From NCBI GenBank assembly GCA_965153285.1, contig OZ229111.1: 64,000 bases of DNA; one strand, written 5' to 3'. Numbering within the stretch: position 1 is the stretch's first letter; the number at the start of each line of letters is the position of its first letter. Below are positions 51,501 through 61,035 of this stretch, in pieces. The position numbers and the translations under genes were made by a program. This DNA is from Podarcis tiliguerta. Lineage: Eukaryota. The notes beneath the pieces were generated by a model. The model ran no database searches. It was not told the origin of the DNA and saw only the letters and a program-made list of their open reading frames with translations.

Positions 51501-54500
51501 ATCATTATAAAAACAAACAAACAGAAGGTTGGCAGTTCAAATCCCAGTGACGGGGTGAGCTCCTGTCGCTCTGTCGCAGTTTCTGCCAACCCAGCAGTTC
51601 GAAAGCATGCCACTGCTAGTAGAAAAATAGGTACCATTGTGGTGGGAAGGTAAATGGCGTTTCCATGCACTCTTGTTTCCGTCATGGTTTAGTCATGCTG
51701 GCCACATGACCTGGAAAGATGTCTGCAGACAAAACGCCAGCCTGAAAGCAAGATGAATGCCGCAACCCTCCAGGGGTCCTTTACCATTTTTTACTTCATA
51801 GGCACGAGATACAACTGAGAGTGAATGTAATACTCATGCTTTAAATCTGTTGAGTCTTTATAGTTTCAGTAGATATTGAATTTTTGTTTCGCACAACAAC
51901 ATCCTTCACATATGGTGACAGATTTGTGAAAGCTCTCCTTTTACTTCTATGGGTATTTGCACCTTACTACTTACTGGTATTTCGTGTTTGGGGCATTTAT
52001 CTGCAAAAGAGAACGTTGATTTTATTTTATTTTATTTTTGCAGGGGGTGGGCAAACTGGATTCATACTATTGTTATGCATCCTGTGTTTATAATTGTATC
52101 TGCTACTGAACTAACAGTGTGTTGAGTTTTCATTCAAAAGCAAATCAGACGTCTCTCTATGAAGACATCAATCAGGGTTATGCATCCATTGTGCATTATT
52201 ATTTGCAAATGAGTTAACTGTTCCCTGTCTAATGCATCCATTTCTTCACACAGACATTCAATAATATGATTTTTAAACATACTGCCATATCTACAGTTAT
52301 ACACAACAGGGAATATGAGCTTTTCACAGAAGAAATAATAAAAATTTAAGAAATGATAGCTATTGAAAGCATCTCTATATATTATTCCCAAGTTTACCTA
52401 GAGTCAAATATTGCAAACAATTCTCAAGACATGATTTTTTTTTTTCAAATTTAAACCATTTCACCTTTGTGTCTGCAATAAATCCAGAATGTTTATATCT
52501 CTAAACAGACACTCCTATACACCCTTACTGGGGAATTAAGTCTCACTGAACTCAGGGCTCCTCCACACTTCTGCTTGCTCCTTGCCTTGAAAGCATTGGG
52601 TCCCAGTGGTTTTCTGAGTGTCCCAGTTTCTAAGCATGGGTCCAAGTGGTTTTGCATTTGCCCCACAGCATTCCCCTGAAAAATATGCTCTTTATTGCTG
52701 AAGCAGAATGAACGGAAATCTGCAGAAAATTTGGTTGCCATTTGTTCCAATTCAGCAGTAAAGAGTGGTTTTTTTTCTGGGGGAAAGCAGCACGACAAAC
52801 AGAAGTGTGGACGAGCCCTTAGTATAGTTTATTTGACAGTAGACATGTGCAGGATTGCACTGTAAATGTGGGACCAGATTCCCACCTTGAGTACCAATGG
52901 AGGATAATCCATTAGGGCAAATGGGGCACTGTCCCACCAATGGCCAGATTCTTGGCTGGGGTTGCCTTCAGAATTCATATAACCTATTCTTGGAAAAAAT
53001 GTACGGGCTGACAGTTTGTTTCCAGAGCCAATTCAAGGCACTCACATTAGTGTTCAAAGTCCAAAGTGACTTCAGCCCCAAATATCTGAAAGGCTGCCTC
53101 CTTTCCTACAGATCCTCCTGGGGGTTAAGCTCACCAGAGAAGACCCGTTTGGTCGTTGCACCTCCCAAAGAAGTTTGGGATGTGAGGTGGGAGAGGGCAT
53201 GTTTGTGGAATTCCCTCCCCACAGAGGTACATCTGGCTTCTTCAGTGAATGCTGCAGACCTCTTCACCCTACCCTTTCAAGACCTGAGATGTGTGTCTTC
53301 AGGGATCACCCTGTTCCTGTAAACCATTTAAACTTTCTTAATTGTTGCAACCTACGCTGGGACCAGCTGATGAAGGGCAGGTAATAAATGTAACAGCAGT
53401 ATCAGCAAAAGCCTCGTTTTGTCCTCAGCCAGTCGCCACCTTCTTACCTACAACCAATCTAGGGGGCAGCACTGGCTGCCAGCTTCCTCCTTGGTCTCTG
53501 ATTTGCCCCTTGTGGAACTGAGCCAGGAGGACAAACCGAGAATCAGTTGGCTCTGCCTGTGATTGGCTCTGACTGGCTCTGGATCCACCCTGTGCTTGGC
53601 CTACCGGCCTCTTGCCCTACCAGTCCAATGGGTGCCAGTCGCCATTGCCAGATACATCATGTCACATAGCAGGTAGAAAAGAGTAAGTGACACAAGATTA
53701 TAGAACAGCAAGGAAGGAACCGTCGGCACTCCAGTCAGGGGGAAGGAGAAAGTGAGTGGCTCTTACTGCGTTTGCTTTTGTCTTTATTCAAGAGCAGCCG
53801 CAGCTCCTGTTCCTGCTTCCCAGGCACGGGATCCTGAGGCGGTGGCTCCATCGACACCTGCAAATGCAGAGAAGACGAGGTTTGATGAGCATATCAAGGA
53901 TGGAGTCCAAGGGAGGGGCCATGGACCAGAGGAAGAGCATGTGCTTTGCATGCAGAAGGTCCCTGGTTCAATCCTCAGCATCACCAGGTAGGGCTGGACA
54001 TGTGCCCTGCCAGAGACCTTGGAGAGGTGCTGCCAGCCAGTGGAGGCAACCCTGAGCCCAATGAACCAATTTCCTGGCTCGGCAGAAGGCAGCCTCCTGT
54101 GTTTGTATGAGTCAATAACCTCTTCAGGAAGAAAGCTCTGTGTGAAATGGCCCACCTGGAGTCTGACACCCGAGTCTGAGACACCTCGGTTCCCAGCACC
54201 GGGGATCAATGGCACACCCACGGCAGGAGACTGCTGAGGAGGCAAGATGGTCCCCCACTGTAAGTGTGATCTCAGGCATTAGTTGTGACTCAAAACACTC
54301 CAGGGCTCCAAAGGAGCATGAAGCGTCCAAACTCCTTCCCTCTGCCAACCCGACTCACTTTCAGGAGCTGTGTCCAAGGCAGACCCAACCTACAGGCCTA
54401 TGTGTCCACTGAGTCTGGATCTTTCTACCCTAAATGGCACCTGCTCTTCAGGATCTCCTTCTACTTGTTTCTTTAACTGGAATACCAGGGACTGATTCTG

Positions 54501-55532
54501 GTATTGCATCTGGAGCATGCACTCTGCCCCTGGTGACTGGACCCATACGTCCTTCAGGTTCCTGTCTTTCAATCTACTACCCCCCTTCATTGCTCCCTTC
54601 CCTTCCAGTTCCTATATGCAATTAGGTCATCCCACTCACCTGCCATTGCCTTGTTAACCCCTTCTTTTCCTGTCCTCACACCCTGTCTGGGGTGACTGTC
54701 TCCCATCTGACATTCCTCACAGAAGCTGGGCTTTGCCAACATGGTACTGCTGGCACCTTCTCCATCCATGGCAAAAAATGCCCACGAACACTTTGCATCA
54801 TTTGGGGAAGGAAGGTCCCAGACAACCACCAGATGACAGGGCTCCAGTTGCCAACGTACGATGGTACAAAATTTGCTTTGGGTATATATAGCCTGAGGAA
54901 ACTGCATGCCCTGTCTGTGGAACCAAGTGAGCAGATGAGGCAGGCTAGAGAACTTGGTGGCCCCTTGATCAGACGGAAGAGCAGCAGCAGCTCCTGGGAT
55001 TATGGAGAGTCCCCTACAGCACCACAGTTCTTTCACAGAATTGTAGAGCTGGAAGGGGCCCTCAAGGGTCATCCAGTCCAACCCCCTGCAGTGTCGGAGG
55101 CATGGCTCACAGGACATCTTCGGCTGGAGGGGAGAAGTCCATACGCGTGAAACAATGTTTCCTAACAATGTTTGCTGCAGAAGTGCAAAAGGAGCACTTC
55201 TGCCAAAGAAGCCTCATGAGAAGCATCAGGAAGGCAACTGAGGCAAAGCTGACCCTTTGGGGCAGTATATGTATGCATCACCTGCTTCCCTCACCCAACC
55301 CTGAGAAAGTGCAGGATACTGACCCGCAGGTGCTGGTGGCTGAGTTGCTCCACTTGCTGGTACTCCAGTCGGGGGTGCAAACTAGCCAGGAAGAGCTGGT
55401 GTTGCAGCTGCTGCGTCTGCTTCAAGGCCAGCAAGGCAGTGTCAGGGCCAGGTTTGGCGAGACGCTGTCCAATCCGCAGGTCCATGGGGATGGTCTGGGG
55501 GACCCGCAAGGAGACGCAGAGCTTCACGGCGG
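5349..55532 (-). CDS. HDAC7: Histone deacetylase 7 (class IIa); 24 coding exons recovered, 5' exon(s) not confidently located
   Basis: Hand-spliced exons total 2978 nt with consistent phases. Motifs: PMDLR (CtBP), [25 protein letters not shown] (MEF2), RKTASEP / RTRSEP / RAHSSP (14-3-3), [18 protein letters not shown] domain, [16 protein letters not shown]7-type segments: [32 protein letters not shown]. Confidence 0.97.
6283..6415 (-). CDS. HDAC7: HDAC7 exon with NES ([44 protein letters not shown])
   Basis: tttcag / gtgagt; 133 nt. Confidence 0.95.
6888..6972 (-). CDS. HDAC7: HDAC7 exon ([28 protein letters not shown])
   Basis: ccacag / gtaagt; 85 nt. Confidence 0.96.
7302..7692 (-). mobile_element. 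L2 LINE 3' fragment
   Basis: Minus strand encodes [22 protein letters not shown]...VVAPTLWN-like ORF2 C-terminus, followed by an AT-rich tail. Confidence 0.82.
7911..8356 (+). mobile_element. CR1 LINE 3' fragment
   Basis: Degenerate RT-tail coding sequence (ccttatgaggaatggttgaaggagctg...) ending gggttggactagatgacc...attctatg. Confidence 0.88.
9417..9449. repeat. (TG)n microsatellite
   Basis: Seen directly. Confidence 0.95.
9635..9768 (-). CDS. HDAC7: HDAC7 exon ([45 protein letters not shown])
   Basis: ctccag / gtgagt; 134 nt; EGGHD shows the His-for-Tyr substitution of vertebrate class IIa HDACs. Confidence 0.98.
10397..10507. repeat. Two adjacent perfect tandem duplications (16 bp x2 at 10397-10428; 32 bp x2 at 10444-10507)
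   Basis: tttgattgtgacatca x2; ctaggtgaggatgccatcatttgtgaccaaac x2. Confidence 0.9.
10590..10708 (-). CDS. HDAC7: HDAC7 exon ([39 protein letters not shown])
   Basis: ctgcag / gtaagg; 119 nt. Confidence 0.98.
10963..11000. repeat. (CTTC)n microsatellite
   Basis: Seen directly. Confidence 0.95.
14956..15053 (-). CDS. HDAC7: HDAC7 exon ([33 protein letters not shown])
   Basis: ttttag / gtaggc; 98 nt. Confidence 0.98.
15964..16204. mobile_element. Tc1/mariner (Tigger/pogo-like) MITE
   Basis: TIRs cagtggtacctcgggt / acccgaggcaccactg; TA target duplications on both sides. Confidence 0.88.
18891..19290 (-). mobile_element. Short retroposon with an RTE-like 3' tail
   Basis: Minus strand ends ccattgtctctcgaaacagacggatgccaacagcaa; a partial second copy lies in opposite orientation at about 31630-31745. 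Confidence 0.6.
19661..19780 (-). CDS. HDAC7: HDAC7 exon, Zn ligands ([40 protein letters not shown])
   Basis: cctcag / gtgagc; 120 nt. Confidence 0.98.
20220..20307 (-). CDS. HDAC7: HDAC7 exon ([29 protein letters not shown])
   Basis: tgccag / gtgagt; 88 nt. Confidence 0.98.
20522..21657 (-). mobile_element. Unclassified 1.1-kb L1-like non-autonomous retroposon
   Basis: 5' G-run plus AAGATGGC, 3' AATAAA plus A tail, degenerate flanking duplication. Confidence 0.6.
22351..22406 (-). CDS. HDAC7: HDAC7 exon, catalytic His pair ([19 protein letters not shown])
   Basis: ttgcag / gtaagg; 56 nt. Confidence 0.98.
24328..24376. repeat. (AAAG)n microsatellite
   Basis: Seen directly. Confidence 0.95.
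24829..24936 (-). CDS. HDAC7: HDAC7 exon ([36 protein letters not shown])
   Basis: gtccag / gtaaga; 108 nt. Confidence 0.98.
28054..28103 (-). CDS. HDAC7: HDAC7 exon ([17 protein letters not shown])
   Basis: ccacag / gtaagc; 50 nt; fourth zinc ligand Cys. Confidence 0.97.
28271..28391 (-). CDS. HDAC7: HDAC7 exon ([40 protein letters not shown])
   Basis: tgccag / gtagga; 121 nt. Confidence 0.98.
29530..29624 (+). mobile_element. Sauria SINE 3' fragment
   Basis: ggccaataaaccgagatgagcgtcgcaaccccagag...ggacctaatggtcaggggtccctttacc tail. Confidence 0.85.
29700..29912 (-). mobile_element. MIR/CORE-like SINE
   Basis: atcctcacaacaaccc...aaggtcacccagtgagc...atttgaaccctggtct; related relics near 5770, 13280, 25060, 42910 and 45660. 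Confidence 0.7.
30558..30590. repeat. (AC)n microsatellite
   Basis: Seen directly. Confidence 0.95.
31143..31276 (-). CDS. HDAC7: HDAC7 exon, start of deacetylase domain ([45 protein letters not shown])
   Basis: ttgcag / gtagga; 134 nt; Cys, Cys and His of the class IIa structural zinc site. Confidence 0.98.
31897..32122 (-). CDS. HDAC7: HDAC7 exon ([10 protein letters not shown]...[12 protein letters not shown]...KPRFTT)
   Basis: caacag / gtaacg; 226 nt; third 14-3-3 site. Confidence 0.93.
32816..33069. mobile_element. Tc1/mariner (Tigger/pogo-like) MITE
   Basis: TIRs cagtcatacctc / gaggtaccactg; TA duplications; internal palindromes. Confidence 0.82.
33861..34052 (-). CDS. HDAC7: HDAC7 exon ([23 protein letters not shown]...EEHVLQQ)
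   Basis: ccccag / gtactg; 192 nt. Confidence 0.92.
34259..35085. repeat. Long imperfect inverted repeat (arms 34259-34593 and 34778-35085)
   Basis: e.g. tcttccaggactcacagccaaga / tcttggctgtgagtcctggaaga; aatttccacataaatcataa / ttatgatttatgtggaaatt. Confidence 0.9.
35211..35422 (-). CDS. HDAC7: HDAC7 exon ([11 protein letters not shown]...GRTRSEPLP...[10 protein letters not shown]), probable GC donor
   Basis: ttgcag acceptor; exon ends AAG|gcaggc; 212 nt; RTRSEP 14-3-3 site. Confidence 0.88.
37002..37185 (-). CDS. HDAC7: HDAC7 exon ([14 protein letters not shown]...[19 protein letters not shown])
   Basis: ctgtag / gtgcgt; 184 nt; not represented in the supplied ORF track. Confidence 0.92.
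37893..38015 (-). CDS. HDAC7: HDAC7 symmetric phase-0 exon ([41 protein letters not shown])
   Basis: atgcag / gtaggt; 123 nt; LPAxTLGLP motif. Confidence 0.93.
38795..38848. repeat. (GAA/GAG)n purine-rich trinucleotide repeat
   Basis: Seen directly. Confidence 0.9.
39332..39441 (-). CDS. HDAC7: HDAC7 exon ([37 protein letters not shown])
   Basis: ctgcag / gtatgg; 110 nt. Confidence 0.94.
40729..40851 (-). CDS. HDAC7: HDAC7 exon, NLS region ([41 protein letters not shown])
   Basis: cttcag / gtaaga; 123 nt. Confidence 0.96.
41777..41892 (-). CDS. HDAC7: HDAC7 exon (SLEPMEHEG...[10 protein letters not shown])
   Basis: atgcag / gtgagg; 116 nt; first half of the RKTASEP 14-3-3 site. Confidence 0.95.
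44695..44797 (-). CDS. HDAC7: HDAC7 exon, MEF2-binding helix ([35 protein letters not shown])
   Basis: caacag / gtgatc; 103 nt. Confidence 0.95.
46129..46404 (+). mobile_element. Bov-B (RTE) LINE 3' fragment
   Basis: [48 protein letters not shown]...[13 protein letters not shown]; 11-bp TSD atgatgcacac at 46118-46128 and 46405-46415. Confidence 0.93.
50763..51794 (+). mobile_element. Sauria-type tRNA-derived SINE, split by the L1 insertion
   Basis: taaaccactgagcc...cagaaggttggcagttc / aaatccc...ggggtgagctcc...cagttcgaaagca...ggtcctttacc; 11-bp TSD ttcataggcac at 50752-50762 and 51795-51805. Confidence 0.85.
50810..51521 (+). mobile_element. 5'-truncated L1 3' end (ORF2 C-terminus, 3' UTR, AATAAA, A-rich tail) inserted in a Sauria SINE
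   Basis: FHLWWTCP / [12 protein letters not shown]...IAKYWK...EDWKKF; AATAAA at about 51493; 17-bp TSD cagaaggttggcagttc at 50793-50809 and 51522-51538. Confidence 0.9.
53010..53390 (+). mobile_element. Degenerate L2 LINE 3' fragment
   Basis: [24 protein letters not shown]...LWNSLP. Confidence 0.7.
53767..53857 (-). CDS. HDAC7: HDAC7 exon ([30 protein letters not shown])
   Basis: tttgcag / gtaaga; 91 nt; matches QEQELRQLLxKDKSKRS. Confidence 0.95.
53915..54110 (+). mobile_element. Representative degenerate tRNA-derived SINE, about 10 copies in the window
   Basis: gagcatgtgctttgcatgcagaaggtccctggttcaatcc head; related copies near 720, 3543, 33600, 37660, 38590, 42085, 49260, 54440 and 58790. 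Confidence 0.7.
55324..55532 (-). CDS. HDAC7: HDAC7 exon ([24 protein letters not shown]...LSHQHLR); Met of MDLR at 55485-55483
   Basis: Acceptor ttccacag, donor gtcagt; 209 nt, phase 1 to 0; PxDLR CtBP motif. Confidence 0.9.
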
Positions 55533-58500
55533 CTGTGGAAATGGCAGGAAAATGCACTGATCAGTATGTGCCCATCACAGATTCTATTAGGTTTTGCCAT
55601 TTGTGCCATTTTGAGCTTTTACTCAACTAAGCTGTATGCCTTAGATAAACTTTTCCCCAGCCTGGTGCCACTCAGATGTGGATGGACTACAACTCCCATC
55701 ATCCCCAGCCAGGAAGTTGTAGTCCAACAGCCCCTGCAGCCCCAAGGTTGAAGTACAGTACGCTGTTTCAAAGCAGTGGCTTGCAATCGGAGTTCCACGG
55801 AACGGTGGCATTTCTAGGAAGCCCAGCAAAGCTTCCTCAGTGAAAAGTTCCGGAATGTTGAGCAGGCTTCTCCAAAAGACAGCTGGCTCACATCTACCAG
55901 TAATCGCTTTCATTGCCCACCACAAAATAGTGGTTAGCCTTCTGGAGCAGACTTCTCCAACCTGGCCGACCCCAGATGTTTTCAGGTTATAAGTCCCACC
56001 CAGGGCAGCAAATAGTCAGGAATGGTGGGAATTGCAGTTCAACACCGTCCGGCATGCCAGGAGGTTTATTTGTATTTAACATGCTTATTCCCCACCTTTC
56101 CACTGCAAGGTATTCAAGGTGACTAACAATGCAAAATAAAGCAATTGCCGAATACTATCAAATACACTAACACAAGCATGTCCAACTTCCAAGAGACTGC
56201 GATCTACTCCCAGTATAAAAAACTGGCAGTGACCTACCCATTGTCACTGGGGGAACAAGGAGCATGCGCGAGGTGCGTGTGTGGAAAGAGGTGGTGAACT
56301 GGACGTGGGAGGGGGGAGGGAAAGGAGGCAAAAGTTCTCTCTCTGAGGAGCCAGTCAGCTTCTCTCCCTCCGGCTCAAGCGCCTGCCCCCCCCCCTCCTT
56401 CCCTCCCATTGCCAAAGGGACCAAGGACCCCAGTGAAGGCTGGGCGACATTCCTTGCACTTGCCACCCGGCCTGGCCTGGCCTTCCCTGCTGCGGCAATG
56501 GAGGGACCCAGCGCTGGGGGGTGGCAATATTTCTTGCCTACTTTATCTAATCCCACCATTGACCAGGATCACACCCACGATCGACTGGTTGGACATGTCT
56601 GCACTAACACATCTGGCAGGCCATCTAGTCAAGGGTGGAGCATCTCTCTCATCAGCCTCCACATAAATCCCTCCAGCAACAGACCCACCACCAGCAAAAC
56701 AGGCAGTAATGCCAGAGCAATGACATTATGATTCCCCAAAAGCCTCTGGGAACAAAATGGTATTCACTGGGTGTCTAAAGGATAATAATGTAGTTGCCAA
56801 ATGAAGATCTCTGGGGACAGTACTCTATTCCACAATCAGGTCACTGCCGTAGGAGGCCATTTCCTCAATAGCCCCCACCTAACTCCTAAAGGTGGCAGCA
56901 CCCAGAGCAGGGCCTCAGCTGATGTCCACAATGAAGGGGCAGGTTTGTTCATGCTGCGGAAGAGACATGTGGTGTAAGGCAAAGAGAAGATGCAGGTGGG
57001 TAGGGAAGCATGACCAGGAGCCTGCAAGGGAGAGCAAAGAGCCCTCCTGGCCACAGAAGAATATCTGGTACCAGAAAGACCAGACCCCGTGGCAGACGCT
57101 GCCTTTCCCAAACAAAACTGCCTCTGGCCAGCTTGGAAGAACCAGCTGAAAGGAGACTTAGAAATCTATCTGACAGCTAGCCAGTCAGTCAAAGCAGCCA
57201 CATTGAGGTGAGGACTAGAATCATTGTGCATTGTTTCCGCTTCAGTTAACTCCAAGTAACAGAATAATCCATGCTGCAATTCTGTTTCCATACAAAATTC
57301 AATGTAATCCAGATCCCAAAGCCATTCTAGTGGTGCTGATCCACTGAAAACCAGTTGTGCTCAAATCCCAATGAAATCAACAAGAGGCTTGGTTTGGGCA
57401 AGAGACTAGTCTCATTAATTTTAAACCTCCTTTAAAAAAACACACCAAAAAAACAAAAACCAGGGCAGTTGGCTGCATTTAGAATCAAGTACATTCTGTG
57501 CATGTTTGAATGTATCATGACACAGAATATTCAATATTTGGCGCAGAAGACAGCATCCTGGAAGCCTCTGCTTTCATTTTAAAATCTAGCCTTCACAGGT
57601 GTGGAGATCGTTCAGGAAGAGTTGCACACCTTGACTGGTGCTAACTTCCAATTCAGTGGGTAGCTGGACAGGAGTGAGTGATATATATCATTCCCTGTCC
57701 CCTCCCAGGTTATCTGCATATTAGTTTCATTTTGGCATGAACAGGCATTTTCCGGGGGCAGAATCTGGGTCGGTTTGGCACAGACTGTGGATTGTGGGTG
57801 GCAGTGAAGAGATGGCAGAGTGTACTTAGCCCTGGTTATGCTGCACTTCTTTATAGAAACTCCCAACTAGCTATCAAGCAGCCTCAAAAGGAAGCCAGCT
57901 TAAGATTCCACCCCAGAAAAACAAAACCACTAATCGCATCCTCTCCCTCCAGACACTTACGAACAAGCCCACCAAAACCACCCTGACAGCTAGCGAATGG
58001 CTTGCTTTTGTAGCATCTAACATGATCTGACATTTTTTGGTGTTAAACTGATCCTTGGGAGGAGAGCCAATATGAAAACACACACACACACAGACACACA
58101 CACCCCAACCACCTCCAATTGGATCAGAATAGGAGAAGCAGGCAATAGGGCACTTGCAGGAAGGGAAGCAGGAACACCCCAGCCCTGCCCTGCCCAAGAA
58201 GCAGGGCTGGTTGGAGGCTGCTGTCTTTGTTAACTTATTCCAAACTTCCTTCCGTGTGTCAGACCAACAGGATAAATAGGCTTAGAAAAGTGGAAGACGA
58301 GAAATGAATTAAGGAAAGGCTCCCACGAAACCAGCCATCCACCAAGTGGGTTGCCTGCTGCATTTCTGCACGAGTCACTGCACATCTCTGCACAGCCTAT
58401 TTCCAATCCAGAGGAGGAAGGTTCCCAACAGTGACTCATGCAGAAACACAACAAGCTGCAACTCTGAGAAGCAGCTGGGCAGGTGACAAATCCTACATCT

Positions 58501-59014
58501 CATTCTAGGGCAGAGGACAGGCTTAGTTCCCCACCCCAAAAACAGTATCCCAGAGTTTGACTATCTCCCCTGAATGGATGCTTTTCATTTGTATGAGGGA
58601 AAACAAAACACTAGCTCACATATCATAGAATTGTAGAGTTGGAAGGGACCCTGAGGGTCATCTAGTCCAACCCCTGCAGTGCGGATGGCCATCTACTTTG
58701 CTGGCCTGTTTTCTGATGGCTGCACATTGTGGTTAATCTGTAGAGAAACATGCTTTTGCCTTCGCTCCTCTGCCATCCATCCTCTACCTCACTACCTTCT
58801 GCCAAATCACACCATTGGCTCATCTTGCCTTCAATGTTGTCCACACGGCAGGCCCTCTCTCCTGGTCTTAACTGGGGGTGGAGCCTGGGACCTTCGGCAT
58901 GCAATGCACACACTCTGCTCTTGAGCCACAGGTCTTCCTTTGTGGAGATCAGTAGCAGAATCTGAAGAGTTTCTAAATCATCTCAGATAGCAGGAGTTCT
59001 GGGGCCAGATGAGG

Positions 59015-59264
59015 CAGGGGTCAGCAAACTTTTCAGCAGGGGGGCAGTCCACTGTCCCTCAGACCTTGTGGGGGGCCGGACTATATTTTGGAAAAAAATA
59101 ATGAATGAATTCCTATGCCCCACAAATAACACAGAGACGCATTTTAAATAAAAGGACACATTCTACTTATGTGGAAGCACACTGATTCCTGGACCGTCTG
59201 CGGGCCGGATTGAGAAGGTGATTGGGCCGGATCTGGCCCCCGGGCCTTAGTTTGCCTACCCATG
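59015..59264. mobile_element. hAT-like MITE
   Basis: Imperfect TIRs caggggtcagcaaact / agtttgcctacccatg; subterminal gggccgga repeats; TSD unclear. Confidence 0.7.
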
Positions 59265-60493
59265 AGGCAGATGAAGGAATAGGCTCACTTAAGTAAGTCC
59301 AACAGGCAGCTTCATGCGCATCCAGAAAGCAGCAGAGGAGAACACTGGGTCAGGATCCTGGTAGCAAGAGACACTGCCTCCAAATGGGCTGCAACTGTGG
59401 CCTCTTCTTCCAAAGGCCAACCTAGGCAGCCTCCTGAGGTCAAGTCCCTGGGGAAGGTCACATTTGCTCATTATTTCAGCCCTCAATTCAGCTTGGCCCA
59501 AACCACTTCTTGCTTGCTAGTTTATTTACTTTTAATGCTCTGCCAGGGTCTCATTAACCAGACCCTGCTGAGAGTGCTGTGACATTCTCAGATTAATGGT
59601 GCCCTCTGCCAGCTGCTATTAGCAGCTTCCATTGCCACCCCGATGCCCATCGAGCCTGCGGACGGATGTTTTCTAAGCACTGATAAAAAGCGCGGCCAAA
59701 CATTTGTGCCTCATGAGAGTTGCTGCAGCATTTAAATCTTTGCCAGCACATCATAATGCCGCAGGATCAAAACCTCACAGGGTCTTCAAGAGAACAGACA
59801 AGTCGACAAGGAAGCCATCCTAGGAGCACTTTCTTAGTGGCAAGTGCCACTGAAGTCAATGGGATCCACTTCCCACCCACCCCTTTTTTTCCAACGGGAC
59901 CTACTTCTGAGAAGACAAGGCACAGGGTTGCCCTGCCGGGGATCTGGCATAGCAACAGGGTTTGGGTGAGGGTGACAGCATCCTTCTCACCAGCCAGAGA
60001 AACTAGAAAGTCAACAAGAAGAGTTCTGCTAGTTCTCCCTGGCAAGTTTTCTATGTGTGAACACCCCTTTCCCATGAAGGCACATGCTTGCCTGAAATAG
60101 CCCTGTACAGGAAAGGCTTTGCCATTTGTTAAACATATAAACTGTCCTGGGCTCACCCCATGGGCAAAAAAGCCACCGTCGTTTTTTGGGAATTAAGAGA
60201 AGCACCATCCCTGGAGCGCAGGAACACAAACTCTACCTCTTTCATCTCCCAATCTTTCCCAACAACTGTTACGCAGATGACTTCTTTCGTCAGGTATGTG
60301 CTTCTATTTTGCTGAGCTGGACGCTGCCGTGGGTGGTTTAATGAGGCATTATCGCCCTCCCACAGATTCTCCCAACAACAGCTGCTGCCCCAAGGCCAGG
60401 GCCGGGCATACATAATCTCTGGAAGCAAGTCAGATTTCTGGAAGTCCGTTTTACTTCCCTACTGTCTTTTCTCGGGGCATCATGCCATGTGGA

Positions 60494-60494
<1 letters not shown>

Positions 60495-60536
<42 letters not shown>
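60495..60536. repeat. (GCA)14 trinucleotide repeat, read as (CUG)n on the HDAC7 strand
   Basis: Seen directly. Confidence 0.95.
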
Positions 60537-60537
<1 letters not shown>

Positions 60538-60909
60538 AGGCTCTCCTGCTCCCACTTCCCCTGCATGTGTATTCTGTGTGATCTTTCTTTCTTTCTCTCT
60601 CAAAAACTAAGTTTCTAAGGCCCTAAGGCCATAGGAAAGAGTATGAGAAAATGTCTGCAGTGCCTGGGAAAAGACTCATAAAGCACACCACGCTGCCTGC
60701 AGGTGTGGGGGGCTTTGGTGACCCAAATTCATCTCCACACCTGTTTCCCTGGCTATGAATGGTCCTTCTGTAGGAGTTTTTCAGGAAAGTGTGCCTTACT
60801 TCTGTGGAATAGAAGAACTGCCTTCTGCCTTTTCTCCTGACATCTGGAATTCAGAGGCATACTACCTCCAAACATGGATGCTCTGATTTAGCATGAATTT
60901 TTCTAAACC

Positions 60910-61035
60910 GGAGGTGGGGAACCTGATGTCCTCTGGATGCTGAAAGACTACAGTTCCCATCATCCCTGACCATTGGCCATGCTGGCTGCTGGGGATAGCG
61001 CAAGTTGGGAGTCCAATAACACCTGGACAGTCACC
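60910..61035. mobile_element. Representative of a short fold-back MITE family (gactacaactcccatcatccc motif), about 15 copies in the window
   Basis: Related copies near 8933, 13590, 15500, 19447, 31770, 39590, 42322, 43172, 45241, 47755, 48680, 55650 and 55950. Confidence 0.7.
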
